Below, one piece after another: positions 1 through 12,905 of a DNA stretch of 64,000 nt. The position numbers and the translations under genes are program-made. The stretch lies in assembly GCA_951406725.2 (NCBI GenBank), contig OX597829.1:31806001-31870000 (forward strand), written 5' to 3'. The notes under the pieces were generated by a model, which made no database searches, was not told where the DNA came from, and saw only the letters and a program-made list of their open reading frames with translations. Positions within the stretch are counted from its first letter, which is position 1; the number at the start of each line of letters is the position of its first letter. The stretch comes from Octopus vulgaris (taxonomy: Eukaryota).

Positions 1-9
1 ATGCATGCA

Positions 10-236
10 TGGGTCATTGCCAGTGCCACCTGACTAGCTCCCTAGCCAGTGGCACATAAAAAGCACCCACTACACTCTTGGGGTGGTTGGCGTTAGGAAG
101 GACATCCAGCTGTAGAAACACTGCCAGATCAGATTGGAGCCTAGTGTGGCCTCCTGACTTGCCAGACCCTACTCAAACTGTCCAACCCATCCCAGCATAT
201 AGCATATGGAAAACGGACGTTAAATGATGATGATGT
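10..236 (+). mobile_element. 5'-truncated RTE LINE 3' tail
   Basis: ggtggttggcgttaggaaggacatccagctgtagaaac...ggacgttaaatgatgatgatg, the same tail that ends the RTE LINEs at 56508-56625 and 30650-30797. Confidence 0.8.
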
Positions 237-241
237 ATATA

Positions 242-754
242 TCTATATATATAAAACTCTAGTTGTGTGAGTGTCTGTCCCCTTCGATTTAGATTCCTAA
301 CTCCTCCCACATTTTGCGGTGCAGTTTAACCAAATTCGGGTATCTTATAGTCGTGATTCATATCGAGCCCGTCTGAGTATTAGCGCGCGTCAACGATGAG
401 TCTACGATTTAAAAAATAATTTAACATCATTTTTTATTCCATTTTAATGCATAATTTTTCGCGTGTCGATGGCAGCGGAGTTGGCGTCCACGGTCACACC
501 TGCACCTGTTTGCTTCTCCCCCTTCTTCCCTCCCTCGTGAAGCTGTGGGGAAGGGAGTTTAAGGAAATCAACGTCGTAATGCGTTGTCAAGGAGACCAGC
601 GTTCTTTTAGAACAACGACTTCATGGCTTGAAGACACCAAAACAGAAATGGCTAAGAAAGCCCGAATTGGCATCTATAAGGGAAGTAACTCTCTAAAAAT
701 GCTTATATAGTTATTTCCCTTACAAACCCGAGCAACGCCGGGCGATACTGCTAG
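242..754 (+). mobile_element. Non-autonomous Helitron
   Basis: a|TCTATATATATAAAA 5' end; subterminal GC hairpin cccgagcaacgccggg (727-742); CTAG|t 3' end; inserted between A and T with no TSD; CpG-rich. Confidence 0.85.
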
Positions 755-1064
755 TATAAAATAAAATTTAAGGTGAAAAGGCACATGTGTAGATAAAGAT
801 TATTTAATCTATTTCAATATGTGCTGAGTCGACCAGCATCGCTTCGCTAATCATGACTCAGTGTCATGAAATCATTATAAGTTTTTGATTTAATCTTATG
901 TAGAAGCAGGTATGATCTAGTTTTGTGGTTATACAGGAGAGTATAGCTCAAATCAGTGAATATAATGTTTTTAGCTAAAGGGATGATCAGTGGATATAAT
1001 ATTTCTTAGCTAAGGGGAGGTAAATCTTTTTTCTGGTTGGTTTTTCATTTGTGAATTCCATTAT

Positions 1065-1607
1065 ATATTCATGTTAAGTTCTGGTTTGTATTTTTCAATA
1101 AATGTGACCTCTTTATTTAGTTGTTGCTTAGTTGTGTTTTTTTCCATGCATTGGTATAGTGGAAATATTGTAAATTATGGTTGGCATTCCTTAGCACATT
1201 TGTCTATGTGACCATTGAGTGGTATTTAATGGTATTGGGCTTGGTAGATTTGTTGTCTGTGTAGTGTAGCTACATCTTAGGGACATTCCTGTTGAACCTA
1301 TATAGTTCCTACTGCAGCCAGAAAATGAGATTTTCAGAGGTGCAAGTGAAGTCAGTTTTAATTTTAAATTTTTGTCCTTGCTTAAAATGGAATTTTGAGC
1401 CTTCCATTATGATGGGACATGTTCCACAGTTCGGTCATCCACATTTTTTAACTCTTACTCACATTATTTTTTAGTATAGTTTTGCATTTGTGAGTATCTG
1501 TTTTAGTAGTTTGGGTTGTTTGTTGCTTTTAATAATTTTATGGGTGCGTAGAATTTCATACAGCTTAAGGTCCTTATGTAGTATGGGAAGGTTTTGGATA
1601 ATATTGA

Positions 1608-1610
<3 letters not shown>
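1065..1610 (-). mobile_element. Degenerate Penelope-like element, C-terminal GIY-YIG endonuclease region
   Basis: Manual minus-strand translation with stops/frameshifts: IQNLPILHKD...KKCG*PNCGTCP...FTCTSENLIF..GCSRNYIGSTGMSLR...EVTFIEKYKPELN. Confidence 0.8.
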
Positions 1611-1648
<38 letters not shown>

Positions 1649-1847
1649 GGAAACTCAAAGATCTATCAAACAGTCAGAATTTTAGAAGCATTCTGATTAA
1701 AACATTTGATGAGAAAGTGGAGGAGGTTGTAACATATAATGTAGTGGACAGCTGTAAGTTCTTATGAGACAACCTTGGTATTTTTTCTATTTAGTCTGTT
1801 GTATATTTTAATGTTGCCTTGTGGATATACTTTTTTAATACATCAAC

Positions 1848-2220
1848 AGTCAGTTCCAGTTTATGGCATCTTGGCTAAGTGTCTTTTACTATAGTTCTGG
1901 GCTAACTAATGCCTTGTGATTGAATATGGTAAATGGAAACTGTGTGGAAGCTCATCATATATGCACGTGTGTGTGTATGTGTGTGTGTTTATATAAGTGT
2001 GCCTTTCTGTCTGTGTTTGTCACACATCCTATCACTTGACAACTGGTGTTAGTTTCCTTACATCTCCATGACTTCATTGTTCAGCAAAAGAGACAGAGAG
2101 AATAAGTATCAGGCTTGACCAAAAAAAAAAAAAAAACTCCTGAGGTTGATTTGTTTGAGTAAAGTGCTTGAAGGCAGTGCTCCAACATGGTCACAGTCCT
2201 ATGACAGAAACAAATAAAAG
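1848..2220 (+). mobile_element. Old tRNA-derived SINE (family A)
   Basis: Degenerate match to 3234-3655 including the central TG/TA tract. Confidence 0.7.
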
Positions 2221-3041
2221 GTAAATTGTAAATTAATTGTGTTAAATATATGAACTGCAGTGAATGTGTCCTTATGCTCACTCAATCTGTTTGAAACAGC
2301 AGTCAAATCTTCTTCAAATCATACCCTGCCATCTTAACAATAGTGTTTTGGGTTGTATGGGTCTGGGCTGAAATGAATAGATTATATTCTTAAGATCATG
2401 GCTATAATAATGTTGGTTTTGTTTTTTTACTTTGTTTATACACAGGTTGGTTTTTATGAAACAGACCTATGACATGAAGCATTCCAACCATGTCCAACTC
2501 ATCTCTTTGCAGAACTACATTAACTAATATGTACTTCCATTTTTAAGATTGTAAGATGTGATTTGAGGAAGATTTGGATGTTATTTCTAGTAGGTAGAGC
2601 AACAAACAAGACTTTCGTCATATGTCTGTTTTTAGAATGAATGTTGTTGTTGTGCTCTGAATGTGCCTGGACTGTACAGTTAAGATGGTGTTGTAGTAGC
2701 ATTGTGAAATATTGGAGATATGTTTGTACGGGTTAGGTATCTTGTGATAAAGCGAGTCCTAAATGTATTCCATTTAAAAGAGACATACCTATCAACGACA
2801 ATTCTTGATATGCTACCAGATGATAGTGCAAGGGACATAACTGTTTTTATAACTCAAGTTAACATTTTCTACTGTTCAACTGTTACTATTTGTCTGTATT
2901 ACACACATCATACATTATTATTATTTATAGTTTACATTGAAAATATTAAACCTATTTGTTTCATTTTAATCCAAATAATTTCAGTTTTCAATTTACGTTA
3001 GTTATTAATTATAAAACTCTTTATTATTATTATTATTATTA

Positions 3042-3220
3042 AGGCAGTGAACAGGCAGAACTAGCAGAATCAGCACAGTGGACAAAATGCTTGGTGGCAC
3101 TTCTACCAACTCATTTATTGAGGATCAATAAAATGTCAGTCAAGTACTGGGGTTGATATAATAAAGCTTCCTCTAAACCACCTCTTCAAATTTACCGGTT
3201 TTTGTACCAAAAGTTAGAAA
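3042..3220 (+). mobile_element. Degenerate SINE (family C)
   Basis: aaggcagtgaacaggcagaa...aagtactggggttgat, similar to 23503-23710. Confidence 0.5.
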
Positions 3221-3233
3221 GAATTATGAAAGT

Positions 3234-3399
3234 GGGCACAGGAGTGGCTGTGTGGTAAGTAGCTTGCTAACCAACCACATGGTTCCGGGTTCAGTCCCAC
3301 TGCGTGGCATCGTAGGCAAGTGTCTTCTGCTATAGCCCCGGGCTGACCAATGCCTTGTGAGTGGATTTGGTTGACAGAAACTGAAAGAAGCCTGTCGTA

Positions 3400-3456
<57 letters not shown>

Positions 3457-3655
3457 TTGTGTGTCTCTCCCTATCATTGCTTGACAACCGATGCTGGTGT
3501 GTTTACGTCCCTGTCACTTAGCGGTTCGGCAAAAGAGACCGATAGAATAAGTACTGGGCTTACAAAGAATAAGTCCTGGGTCGATTTGCTCGACTAAAGG
3601 CGGTGCTCCAGCATGGCCGCAGTCAAATGACTGAAACAAGTAAAAGAGAAAGAGA
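3234..3655 (+). mobile_element. Full-length tRNA-derived SINE (family A) with internal microsatellite
   Basis: A-box TGGCTGTGTGGT, B-box GGTTCAGTCCC, body, central (TA)n(TG)n, 3' half ending ctgaaacaagtaaaagag; many copies in window. Confidence 0.9.
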
Positions 3656-4005
3656 AAGTCATGCTATAAATCAAAAAAAAGAAAATTTTAAATTATAATT
3701 TATTAAAAATAGAATTTACAGATTTAAACATCTAAACCAATTTACAAGTTCTTATTGATCTACAGGAGGGTTAAGGTGACTGGATGTAAACATAGATATA
3801 TCAATGAGAACAGACTGGTTTCTGGCTATTTTTGAGATTTTCTTGAATCACATCCCGACTATTTAGACATTCAGTTTGACCAGCAGTATGTCTGGCTTAA
3901 TTTGATATTTTTTACATATGCAGTGAGTTAGAACTCTTGTAGAAATTATGCTTTTACTGCCATTTATGGACCCTGCATAAGTGTAATTTCAATTATTTTC
4001 TAGAT

Positions 4006-4245
4006 CAGTGGTTCTCAAATGGGATCCACATGATCCTTCGGGGTTTATGTAAGATTGTGTTAAAATTTGTGTGCAATAAACTTATTATACAAAATATTTT
4101 AACAATTTTTAAATACAATACTTAATAATATTTAATTATAAAAATATAATAGCATTTTTTAAAAACATAGAACCGCTGTGAGAGTCCATCAGAATAAATT
4201 AGGAATCAAAGAAGTCCATAGGGAAAGAAATGGTTGAGAATAATG
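4006..4245. mobile_element. hAT (Charlie-like) MITE, degenerate
   Basis: Left end CAGTGGTTCTCAA; right end ggttgagaataatg is an imperfect inverted copy. Confidence 0.5.
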
Positions 4246-4989
4246 ATGGGTTTAGCAAAATACCTTTATCATCATTAAGCTGGTATTTGGAACATAAATC
4301 GACAAGAAATTCTGAAGTAAGATGGTTTATTTTAGATCATTTTAAAATAGGAGGTGAGGTGAGCTGGTATCAAAAGGGTTACAGCTGCAATCATGAACTA
4401 ATACAAATCATAGAAATTCATGTTTTCATTGGACTTTTGAATTTGGATAGTGTCTGTTCATACAATTCATTGAGTGGTTTTATATAAAGATTTAAAATAG
4501 CTTGAAAATGTTTTTCAAATGTTGCAACATTTTATATAATGTTTACAAGATTAGGTCTAAAATGTAGTAACAAAAATTCTAGTTTGTTAGGATTAATGTC
4601 AGGAATAATGGTCATTAAGAATGTCAGGTCTAATTACCCTGTCCATTTTGACTGAGTGATTAATATCTTAAATTAACTAACTTGAGATAAACAAAGTTTC
4701 AATCAATTTAAAAGAGACATATATATAATATATTATTAGTTAATGAATCATATGGTATAAACTTGTAGCACATTCACTCTCTCTGAGGTCATTGGGCATT
4801 TGATTAATGAGAAAGATGTAAGATATGAGTTAATACAGCATAAAAAGTATTAGATTGTGTATTTGTTCCTTTTTGTATCTGATATTTGTTGTTGGTCTTC
4901 AATAATAATAAAGTTGTATCCCTTAATTTGTTGCTCTTGTATACACATACCAAGAAGAAATCTTGTGGAATAGATGTTATTTTAATGAG

Positions 4990-5326
4990 AGAGCGGCTAA
5001 CCGGCTTCCATGCCAGTGGCACTTAAAAGACACCGTTCGAGCGTGATCGTTACCAGCATTGCCTTACTGGCACATGTGCTGGCGGCATGTGTAAAAGATT
5101 CGAGTGAGGTTGTTGCCAGAACCGCCTGACAACCCTGTATCGGTGGCACGTAAAAGCACCCACTACACTCTTGGAGTGGTTGGCGTTAGGAAGGGCATCC
5201 AGCTGTAGAAACACTGCCAGATCAAGATTGAAGCCTGGTGCAGCCATCTGGTTTGCCAGCCCTCAGTCATTCATCCAACCCATGCTAGCATGGAAAGCGG
5301 ATGTTAAACAATGATAATGATGATGA
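4990..5326 (+). mobile_element. RTE LINE 3' tail with internal tandem subrepeats
   Basis: Three ggtggcacgtaaaag-like units, then the conserved tail ending in (GAT)n. Confidence 0.8.
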
Positions 5327-6199
5327 TTTTGTAATCACCTGAGGAGACACTTGTACACTGACGGATACACCTTAACCAGATATTCAGTATCTCTCTCATG
5401 AGGAATAGATGATAGAGGAGTCAAAACAACTGTAGTGTTCAATAAAAATTCTTGTATCTTCCATCTCTCTCATTAATCAAATATATATCATCATCATTTA
5501 ACGTCCACCTTCCATGTTGGCATGGGTTGGACAGTTTGACGGGAACTAGCCAGGTAGAAGACATTGTTTAGTAGCCCAACATTGCTGTTATAGTACCAAA
5601 CGTTGATGTAAGGGCCATAACTGTTTTTATAGATAAGCAGGTTTCATCATAACAAGGGATATTGTAGTAAAGATGTTGTAGAATGATTCAGATATATCTG
5701 GACTGAAATGAAGATGTGTTAAGACTAAGTAGCAGGGATAATGCAGTATGTTTCTGGAGTGTTGTAGATTTATCTCAGCTAAATAGAAGTGATAGAGTCG
5801 TATATATGTTATGGCTTGGGTATAAGGGGTCTTGTGGCAGTACATTTGTGGTATAGGTTTGTAGATGTGTCCGGACTGAGTGGTAAAGATAGTGTTATAG
5901 TAGTATTATGGTATGTTGTAGATGTTAAGATGGATTGATAGATAGCATACTGTTGTATTTTGACTGGCTAGTAGTGATGGTGTTATAGCATGTTCTGGGT
6001 TGCTTTATTGTTGTCTGTTCTTCAAATTGGGTAGTTTGGTTGCTGTCATGTAGCCCTAAGCTAATCCTGACCAAGCAGTCCTATAACTTGTAGGTATTTT
6101 ACCAAACCTGTACACTTCTCAGCTCTCCATTCTTGGTTATACTGTGCCTCTGTCAAACTGAGGATTACACATCATTTCTAACATGCTATGATGAACTAC

Positions 6200-6495
6200 C
6201 CACAACAAGGCCCAGTCCTTGTATGCCGCAGTGACCTTGGGAACTATGCTAGCAGAATGTAAGCTCCTGATAGTCTCCTGTGCTGGACAGGTCAAAGGAT
6301 GGACACCAGGTTTATAAAGACCACCTGTTCCTAACACCAGAGCTAACACCCCCACCTAGAGAAAAGCAGAGTTATAAAAGCATCGATGACAATTCAAAAC
6401 CAACAAGATATGGAAGAGGAAGACTGCAATTGAGAAGAGTGGAGAAAAGTTGTTGATGGTCTATACTCCATAGGGGGTGAAGGGTAAGTAAGTAA
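6200..6495 (+). mobile_element. Short non-autonomous RTE-type retroposon with (TAAG)n tail
   Basis: 3' end reads WRKVVDGLYSIGGEG* followed by gtaagtaagtaa, resembling RTE termini; no coding middle. Confidence 0.45.
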
Positions 6496-6779
6496 TGACA
6501 AACCATATAGGATGCTGTATATCAGTTTGGACATGGTGTAACCTTGTTGATTCTGATGGTGGTCACAGCAATAGCATTACATATCCCAGTAGTGTTCAAG
6601 ACTAACAAAGATAGTAATGTTGCTGCTGTTTAGTGTTTAGGTCTAGTGAAGGTTGTAATGTTGCAACTATGTGCACTTTTTACATTTGTCTAAGACACCT
6701 GGGAGAGAAAATATTTTAAAAATATTGTAATTGCATTCTAAAGATATTCCAGAGTGTTGTATATGTATTCTTTTCTTTT

Positions 6780-7186
6780 ATTCTTTTACTTGTTTCAGTC
6801 ATTTGACTGCAGCCATGCTGGAGCACTGCCTTTAGTTGAGCAATTGGATCCCAAGACTTATTCTTTGTAAGCCTAGTACTTATTCTATCGGTCTCTTTTG
6901 CCGAACTGCCACATTATGGGAATGTAAACACACCAACATCACTTGTCAAGTGATGTTGGGAGGACAAACACTGACACACACACACATATATATATGTGTG
7001 TGTGTGTGTATATATATACACACACAATGGGTTTCTTTCAGTTTCTGTCTATCAAATCCACTCACAAGGCTTTGGTCAGCCCAAGGCTATAGTAGAAGAC
7101 ACTTGCCCAAGGTGCCATGCAGTGGGACTGAAACCAAAACCATGTGGTTGGTAAGCCAAGCTACTTACCACACAGCCATGCCTGTA
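6780..7186 (-). mobile_element. tRNA-derived SINE (family A), full-length
   Basis: Reverse-complement match to 3234-3655. Confidence 0.88.
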
Positions 7187-7875
7187 TCTGAGTGTTTGGA
7201 AATTTTTTTTTTTATGCAATGTTAGAGACTGTGAGGGTTGACACAGCATATTTTGTTCTATAGTTTCTTGTCTTTCTTTTTAGTTCAATACCAAGTTCTA
7301 TTTCGATTATGTGTGATGATGGAGGTTGTGACCTGTGCCTGAGGCTATTCTTGGTTCATCAAATTAGCTCTGTTGCATAAATGTGGCTGTGTTTGTTTTT
7401 ATGTTGCCTTCTGGGATGCATATATAATTTTTTTTTTAATACATAAACTGAAGTTTCTATGTTGGTGATTGTGATAGCATTTTATTTCTGCAAACTTTGA
7501 TTTTGCTTTCTTGTGGAATTAAATATACAGGACTTTTCTAATGTAATTTTACTTTGTTTTTCATTTGTGAAGGTGTTACAATGATAAATAGTAAGTGGCC
7601 AGAAGAGAGTAAAGGGATTGTTTACCATGTGGTTGTAGTGGTTAAGTATGTTGACCAAATGGTGATATTTGAGAAGGGAAAAGTTGTAGTTAGTCGAGTG
7701 AAGTATGTGAATTGTTAAGCTGAAAAGAAAGCTTAATGGTGTTGCAGTAACATCAATTCTTGTTTTATGTGTAGTTTTTGAACTTGGAAATGTAAGTTTG
7801 AAGTGTCTCCACAATGGGGGTATTAAGGTATTGTAATCAAGGAGTGTAACCTTGTAGGGCGATCCATGATGGCAC

Positions 7876-8226
7876 AAGGCACATGGCTCAGTGGTTAGAG
7901 TGTCAGGCTTACAATCATTAGGTAGTGAGTTCGATTCCCGAACCGGGCTGTGTGTTGTGTTCTTTTACAAGACACTTTATTGAACGTTGCTCCAGTTCAC
8001 TCAGCTGTAGAAATGAGTTGCAACATCATGAGTTGTGCCAAGCTGTATTGTCCTTTGCCTTTCCCTTGGATAACACTGGCAACATGGAGAGAGGAGGCCG
8101 GTATGCATGGGCAACTGCTGGTCTTCCATTAACTGCCTTGCCCGGACTTGTGCCTGGGAAGGTATCTTTCTAGATGCAATCCCATGGTCATTCATGACCT
8201 AAGCAAGTCTTCACCCTTCACCCTTT
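7876..8226 (+). mobile_element. tRNA-derived SINE (family D, different core)
   Basis: A-box TGGCTCAGTGG, B-box GAGTTCGATTCCC, core gttgtgttc..caagacacttt..ctcagctgtagaaatgagt, tail (cacccttt)2. Confidence 0.75.
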
Positions 8227-8239
8227 TATATATATATAT

Positions 8240-8635
8240 AGGAGTGGCTATGTGGTAATTAGCTTGCTTACCAACCACATGGTTCTGGGTTCGGTCCCAC
8301 TGTGTGGCACCTTGGGCAAGTGTCTTCTACTATAGCCTCAGGCCAACCAAAGCCTTGTGAGTGGATTTGGTAGACAGAAACTGAAAGAAGCCTGTCGTAT
8401 ATATGTATATGTATATATACATGTATGTGTGTTTGTGTGTCTCTGCTTGTCCCCCACCCCCACCACCACCACATCACTTGACAACCGATGCTGGTGTGTT
8501 TACGTCCCCCGTAACTTAGCGGTTCAGCAAAAAAGAGACCGATAGAATAAGTACAAAGTCCTGGGGTCGATTTGCTCGACTAAAAGCAGTGCTCCAGCAT
8601 GGCCACAGTCACATGACTGAAACAAGTAAAAGAGA
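8240..8635 (+). mobile_element. tRNA-derived SINE (family A), full-length
   Basis: Match to 3234-3655; sits in a (TA)n tract. Confidence 0.88.
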
Positions 8636-8821
8636 TATATACAATAGCAGCCATAATATAAGGGTCAGTAAGAACAAGTGTGTTGAAATAGATATAGAAG
8701 ATTAATATGTTGGGACTGGATATTCTACACATATTTATATATATCTAATATCTATCTTTTGTAAAAATTTCAGTAAATGGAATAAATATTTCGTAAGTTA
8801 TTAGAAAATAAACAATCTTCC

Positions 8822-9203
8822 ACATTGCAGCAGCCAAAAGTTAAGGGTCATATAGAAAAAAAATTAACTACTGAATGAAGTATTTGTTGTTTAGTAGACT
8901 ATTAATGGGCTAACAGTTACTTATGATCTTACATTATTGGAAGATTCAAGTTTCAACATAACATGGTGGCTTGTGTGAGACAACCGGTGTCCTGTGATGA
9001 GAAACAAAGGATCGTGTGCCTTCACCAAGAGGGTAAGTCGAATTCTGTTATAGCAGCTACTGTAGGAAGGTGTAGAAGTGTTGTGCAATGAATTGTAGCT
9101 TGTTTTAAATCATCAGGATCAACAGATGATAAACCCCAAACCGGTAGATCTTAAAAAACTTCACCAAGACAGAATCGTATTATGGTTAAAACGTCACTGA
9201 GAC
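8822..9203 (+). mobile_element. Tc1-like DNA transposon 5' fragment (transposase HTH region)
   Basis: From ATG 8963: MVACVRQPVSCDEKQRIVCLHQEGKSNSVIAATVGRCRSVVQ*IV..FKSSGSTDDKPQTGRS*KTSPRQNRIMVK, with a GRP-like motif; TIR-like gcagccaaaagt upstream. Confidence 0.7.
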
Positions 9204-9310
9204 AAGGAAATTCAGTAGTTAAGTAGGTCATCTCTTCAGCTAGGTCATTCCTTCAGTGTTCTCTGCCTCACAGCTCTGGCACTCTGCCTCAGGTGCCTGA
9301 GATGTGGTGC

Positions 9311-9405
9311 TTTTATAGCAAAAAAAAAAAAAAGTCAGCTGGGAGACAGCTCCTAAAAGCTAGAATCTCTGCAGGAGATCAGCTCTAGGCAGTGTCCTGA
9401 TTGGT
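9311..9405 (-). promoter_or_regulatory. Possible CCAAT + TATA pair (probably transposon-derived)
   Basis: Minus strand CCAATCAG (~9404) and TATAAAA (9317-9311), about 85 nt apart; motif-only evidence. Confidence 0.2.
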
Positions 9406-9444
9406 CAGAATTTCCTTATTTTAGCCAGTTGTGACATTGGATGT

Positions 9445-10460
9445 AGTGACTGAAAGAAGCCCTGTCTTTGCATCTGTATTTGTTCCCCACCACTGCTTGA
9501 CAACTAGTGTTGGTATATTTATGTTCCTGTGACTTAGCAGTTCAGCAAAAGCAATTGATAGAATAAGTGCCAGGCTTAAAAAAAGGTACTGGGGTTGATT
9601 CAATTGACTAAAGATTCACCAAGGCAGTGCCCCACTGACTGAAACAAGTAAAAAAAAAACTTTAAATAAAGGATTTGTATAGACTTCTAAATTATATATA
9701 TTTTAAGATCTGCATTGCATGTACAAACCTCTTACAATGTACTACATGTGAGCCCCTAGTTTAGTCAAAAGTGACATCCTCAATACTTATTTTATTGATA
9801 TTTGTTTGTCAAGCCACTAAGTTATGTATGGCAGAATTCTATGCAGTTGCTATCTACCAAATTCAGCTCTGGCTGTATTGGTAAGTTTGTTTCTCAACCA
9901 CATGGTTCTGGGTTCAGCCCCACTGCATGGCACCTTAGGCAAATATCTTCTACTCTAGCCCAGCCCAACCAAAGCCCTGTGAATGAATTGGGGAGGCTGT
10001 ATGGTAAGAAGCTTTCTTCCTAACTACATCGTTCCAAGTTCATTCCCACTGTGTGGCACCTTGAGCAAATTTACATCTTCATAACTTAGTGGTTCAGCAA
10101 AAGTGACCAACAGAATAAGTACTAAGGTTAAAAGAAAAAAAAAATAAAGTACGTAAAGTTCATTCAACTAAATATTTTTCGGGGTGGTGCCCCAGCATGG
10201 CTGCAGTCTAATGACTGGAACAAGTAAAAGATAAAAGAGGTGTGCGTGTGTTTTATTGTTTCTTTGCCTTGACATTACATGCTAGTTGTGATTGTCACTG
10301 TTCCGCAAGCTGTGTTCTTCATCTTCAATCTTTTGTGAAAACAGGTGAGAATTGGTAACAGGAAGAGCATCCATCCATAGAAAATCCAGTTCAATAAATT
10401 CCATCTGATCCATGCAAGTATGGAAAAGTGGCTGTTAAAAGGAAAATGATGATAATGATG
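9445..10460 (+). mobile_element. Cluster of partial SINE family A/B fragments
   Basis: Family A 3' half (9445-9655), two heads plus 3' half (9870-10240), family B tail ending in GAT repeats (10240-10460). Confidence 0.65.
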
Positions 10461-11043
10461 AAGGTATGAGTTATGTCTAAGATAAAGACATGCCGAGTGT
10501 CAGGACTATGTAGAAGTCTTATGATCTTAGAACTTGTCCTAGAATATTGTAGATATGAATGGATTTAATGGCTGGGAGAAGAGGTGCTGTAAATTTGCTG
10601 ATTGAATGGAAGAGAAAACGGTAGGGTTCTGATTGTGTGGTAGATATGTCTAGACTGAGTGAATGGAATAGCATTACAGATGTGTCGGAACAAAGTAGCA
10701 GAAACAATGTTGTGACAGTTTTTGTTGGAATTAAACCCAAAACAATGTAATTGCAAAGTAAACTTCTTATAACAACACAGCCATGCATATACATATTGTT
10801 GTAGTAAGTTTTCCATTCTTGCATGGATCAAACAGAATTTATGGAGGATAATTTTCTATGGTTGAATGTTGCATCTGATCACCATCCTGTTTCTGAGTAC
10901 GGTAATATAAAGAAAAGTAATTGGATATTTTTTCACAGAAAGTTGGAAATTAACAAAAGTGCTTGCATGTCAATAATGCTGGTTTGTGCTATGTCAAAAC
11001 AAGCATTATTGACATGCAAGCAGTTTTGTTCATTTCCAAATAT

Positions 11044-11860
11044 TCTTTCTAAGCCTAATACTTATTCTACCGGTCTCTTTTGCTGAACTGCTTGGTTACG
11101 GGGATGTAAACACACTAGCATCGGTTGTCAAGCAATGTTGGGGTGACAAACACACACATATATGGCATGTAAAAAGCACCATCCGATCGTGGCCGTTGCC
11201 AGCCTTGCCTGGCCCCCATGCCGGTGGCACGTAAAAAGCACCATCCGTCCGTGGCCGTTTGCCAGCCCCATCTGGCACCTGTGCGGGTGGCACGTAAAAA
11301 GCACCCACTACACTCACGGAGTGGTTGGCGTTAGGAAGGGCATCCAGCCGTAGAAACACTGCCAGATCAGACTGGGCCTGGTGCAGCCTTCTGGCTTCCC
11401 AGACCCCAGTTGAACCGTCCGACCCATGCTAGCATGGAAAGCGGACGCTAAATAATGATGATATATATATATATATATATATATATGACAGGCTTCTTTC
11501 AGTTTCCGTCTACCAAATCCACTCACAAGGCTTTGGTCGGCTTGAGGTTATAGTAGAAGACACTTGCCCAAGGTGTCACTCAGTGGGACTGAACCGGAAC
11601 CTTGTGAGTGGATTTGGTAGATGGAAACTGAAAGAAACCTATTGTAAATATATATATATAAATGTTTGTCTGTTCTCCACCACTGCTTGACAAATGGCAC
11701 TATTGTGTTTATGTCCCAGTATTTTGGTAAAGTGGCCGATAGAATAAGTATCAGGCTTAAAAAGAAATAAGAACTCGGGTTGATTCATTCATTCAACTAA
11801 AAGTTCTTCGAGATGGTGCCCCAGCATGACCACAGTCTAATGACTGAAACAGATATTAAA
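11044..11860. mobile_element. Nested cluster: minus SINE A interrupted by plus RTE tail (11162-11462), fused head-to-head with plus SINE A (11600-11860)
   Basis: Direct comparison with intact copies. Confidence 0.8.
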
Positions 11861-12532
11861 AAAAAGTAATTGGATTGTGACTATTCAAGCTATGCTGCAT
11901 CCATTGTAACCTTCAAAATCTTCACAAATTTTGGATCTCAAAATTTTTAATGACTTGGCATGGCAGCTCTTTATATAATAACATTGCCAAAATAACATCC
12001 TGAAAAAAAAAATATTCCTCTTTGAGACTTGGAGATACCTTTTCTTCATTTAGTTGGTGACTTTCTACAAAGCTTAAATGTGACATTCACCAAAGTATTC
12101 TTCACATATGCAAGACAGCACTTCTGCTGCTAGACCACATTGAAAGAAATATTTGACTGCTAGTCAAAGAATTCATTCACCAACAAACCTCTGGTTCACA
12201 TAAATGTATTGTATTCCACTCTTTGTTAATCTGAGCTAATTACTTGACTTTACATCTCTGTCTAAACGCATCAATTTCTCTTCTTCTGCTGCCCCTTTAA
12301 CTCTTTTATTACCATATTTCTGCAAAAACAATTTAATCTGCATCTTCTTCATTGTTTTAACATCCACTTTTCCATGCTCACATGGGTTGGACAGAGTTTT
12401 TTTGCAGCAGATTTCCTAGTTTGATGGCCTTCCTGTTTCTGACCCACACTTGTTTCCATGCAAACTTATATTTCTCCACAGCTAGAAATGATTTTATAGG
12501 TGTCATTAGCAGATGCCTCTACAGCACTATAC

Positions 12533-12905
12533 TCTTTTACTTGTTTCAGTCATGTGACTGTGGCCATGCTGGAGAACTGCCTTTAGTTGAGCAAATCAAC
12601 CACAGGACTTATTCTTTGTAAGCTTAGCACTTATTCTATTGGTCTCTTTTGCTAAACCACTAAGTTACAGGGACGTAAACACACCAGCATCGGTTGTCAA
12701 GCGATGTTGGAGGGACAAACATATACATACACATATATATACGACAGGCTTCTTTCAGTTTCCATCTACCAAATCCACTCACAAGGCTTTGGTCGGCCCG
12801 AGGCTATAGTAGAAGACACTTGCCCAAGGTGCCATGCAATGAGACTGAACCCGAAACCATGTGGTTGGTAAGCAAGCTACTTACCACACAGCCACTCCTA
12901 CGCCT
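12533..12905 (-). mobile_element. tRNA-derived SINE (family A), full-length
   Basis: Reverse-complement match to 3234-3655. Confidence 0.88.

Noticed and set aside
3234-3310. tRNA-like heads with A/B boxes (also 7876-7945, 46805-46876)
   Set aside because: SINE heads continuing into repeat bodies; no convincing full cloverleaf, so not called tRNA genes.
11162-11310. Regularly spaced ~20-nt repeats with ~40-nt spacers (CRISPR-like look)
   Set aside because: Tandem subunits of the RTE 3' UTR; spacers are homologous to each other, context is eukaryotic, and there are no cas genes.
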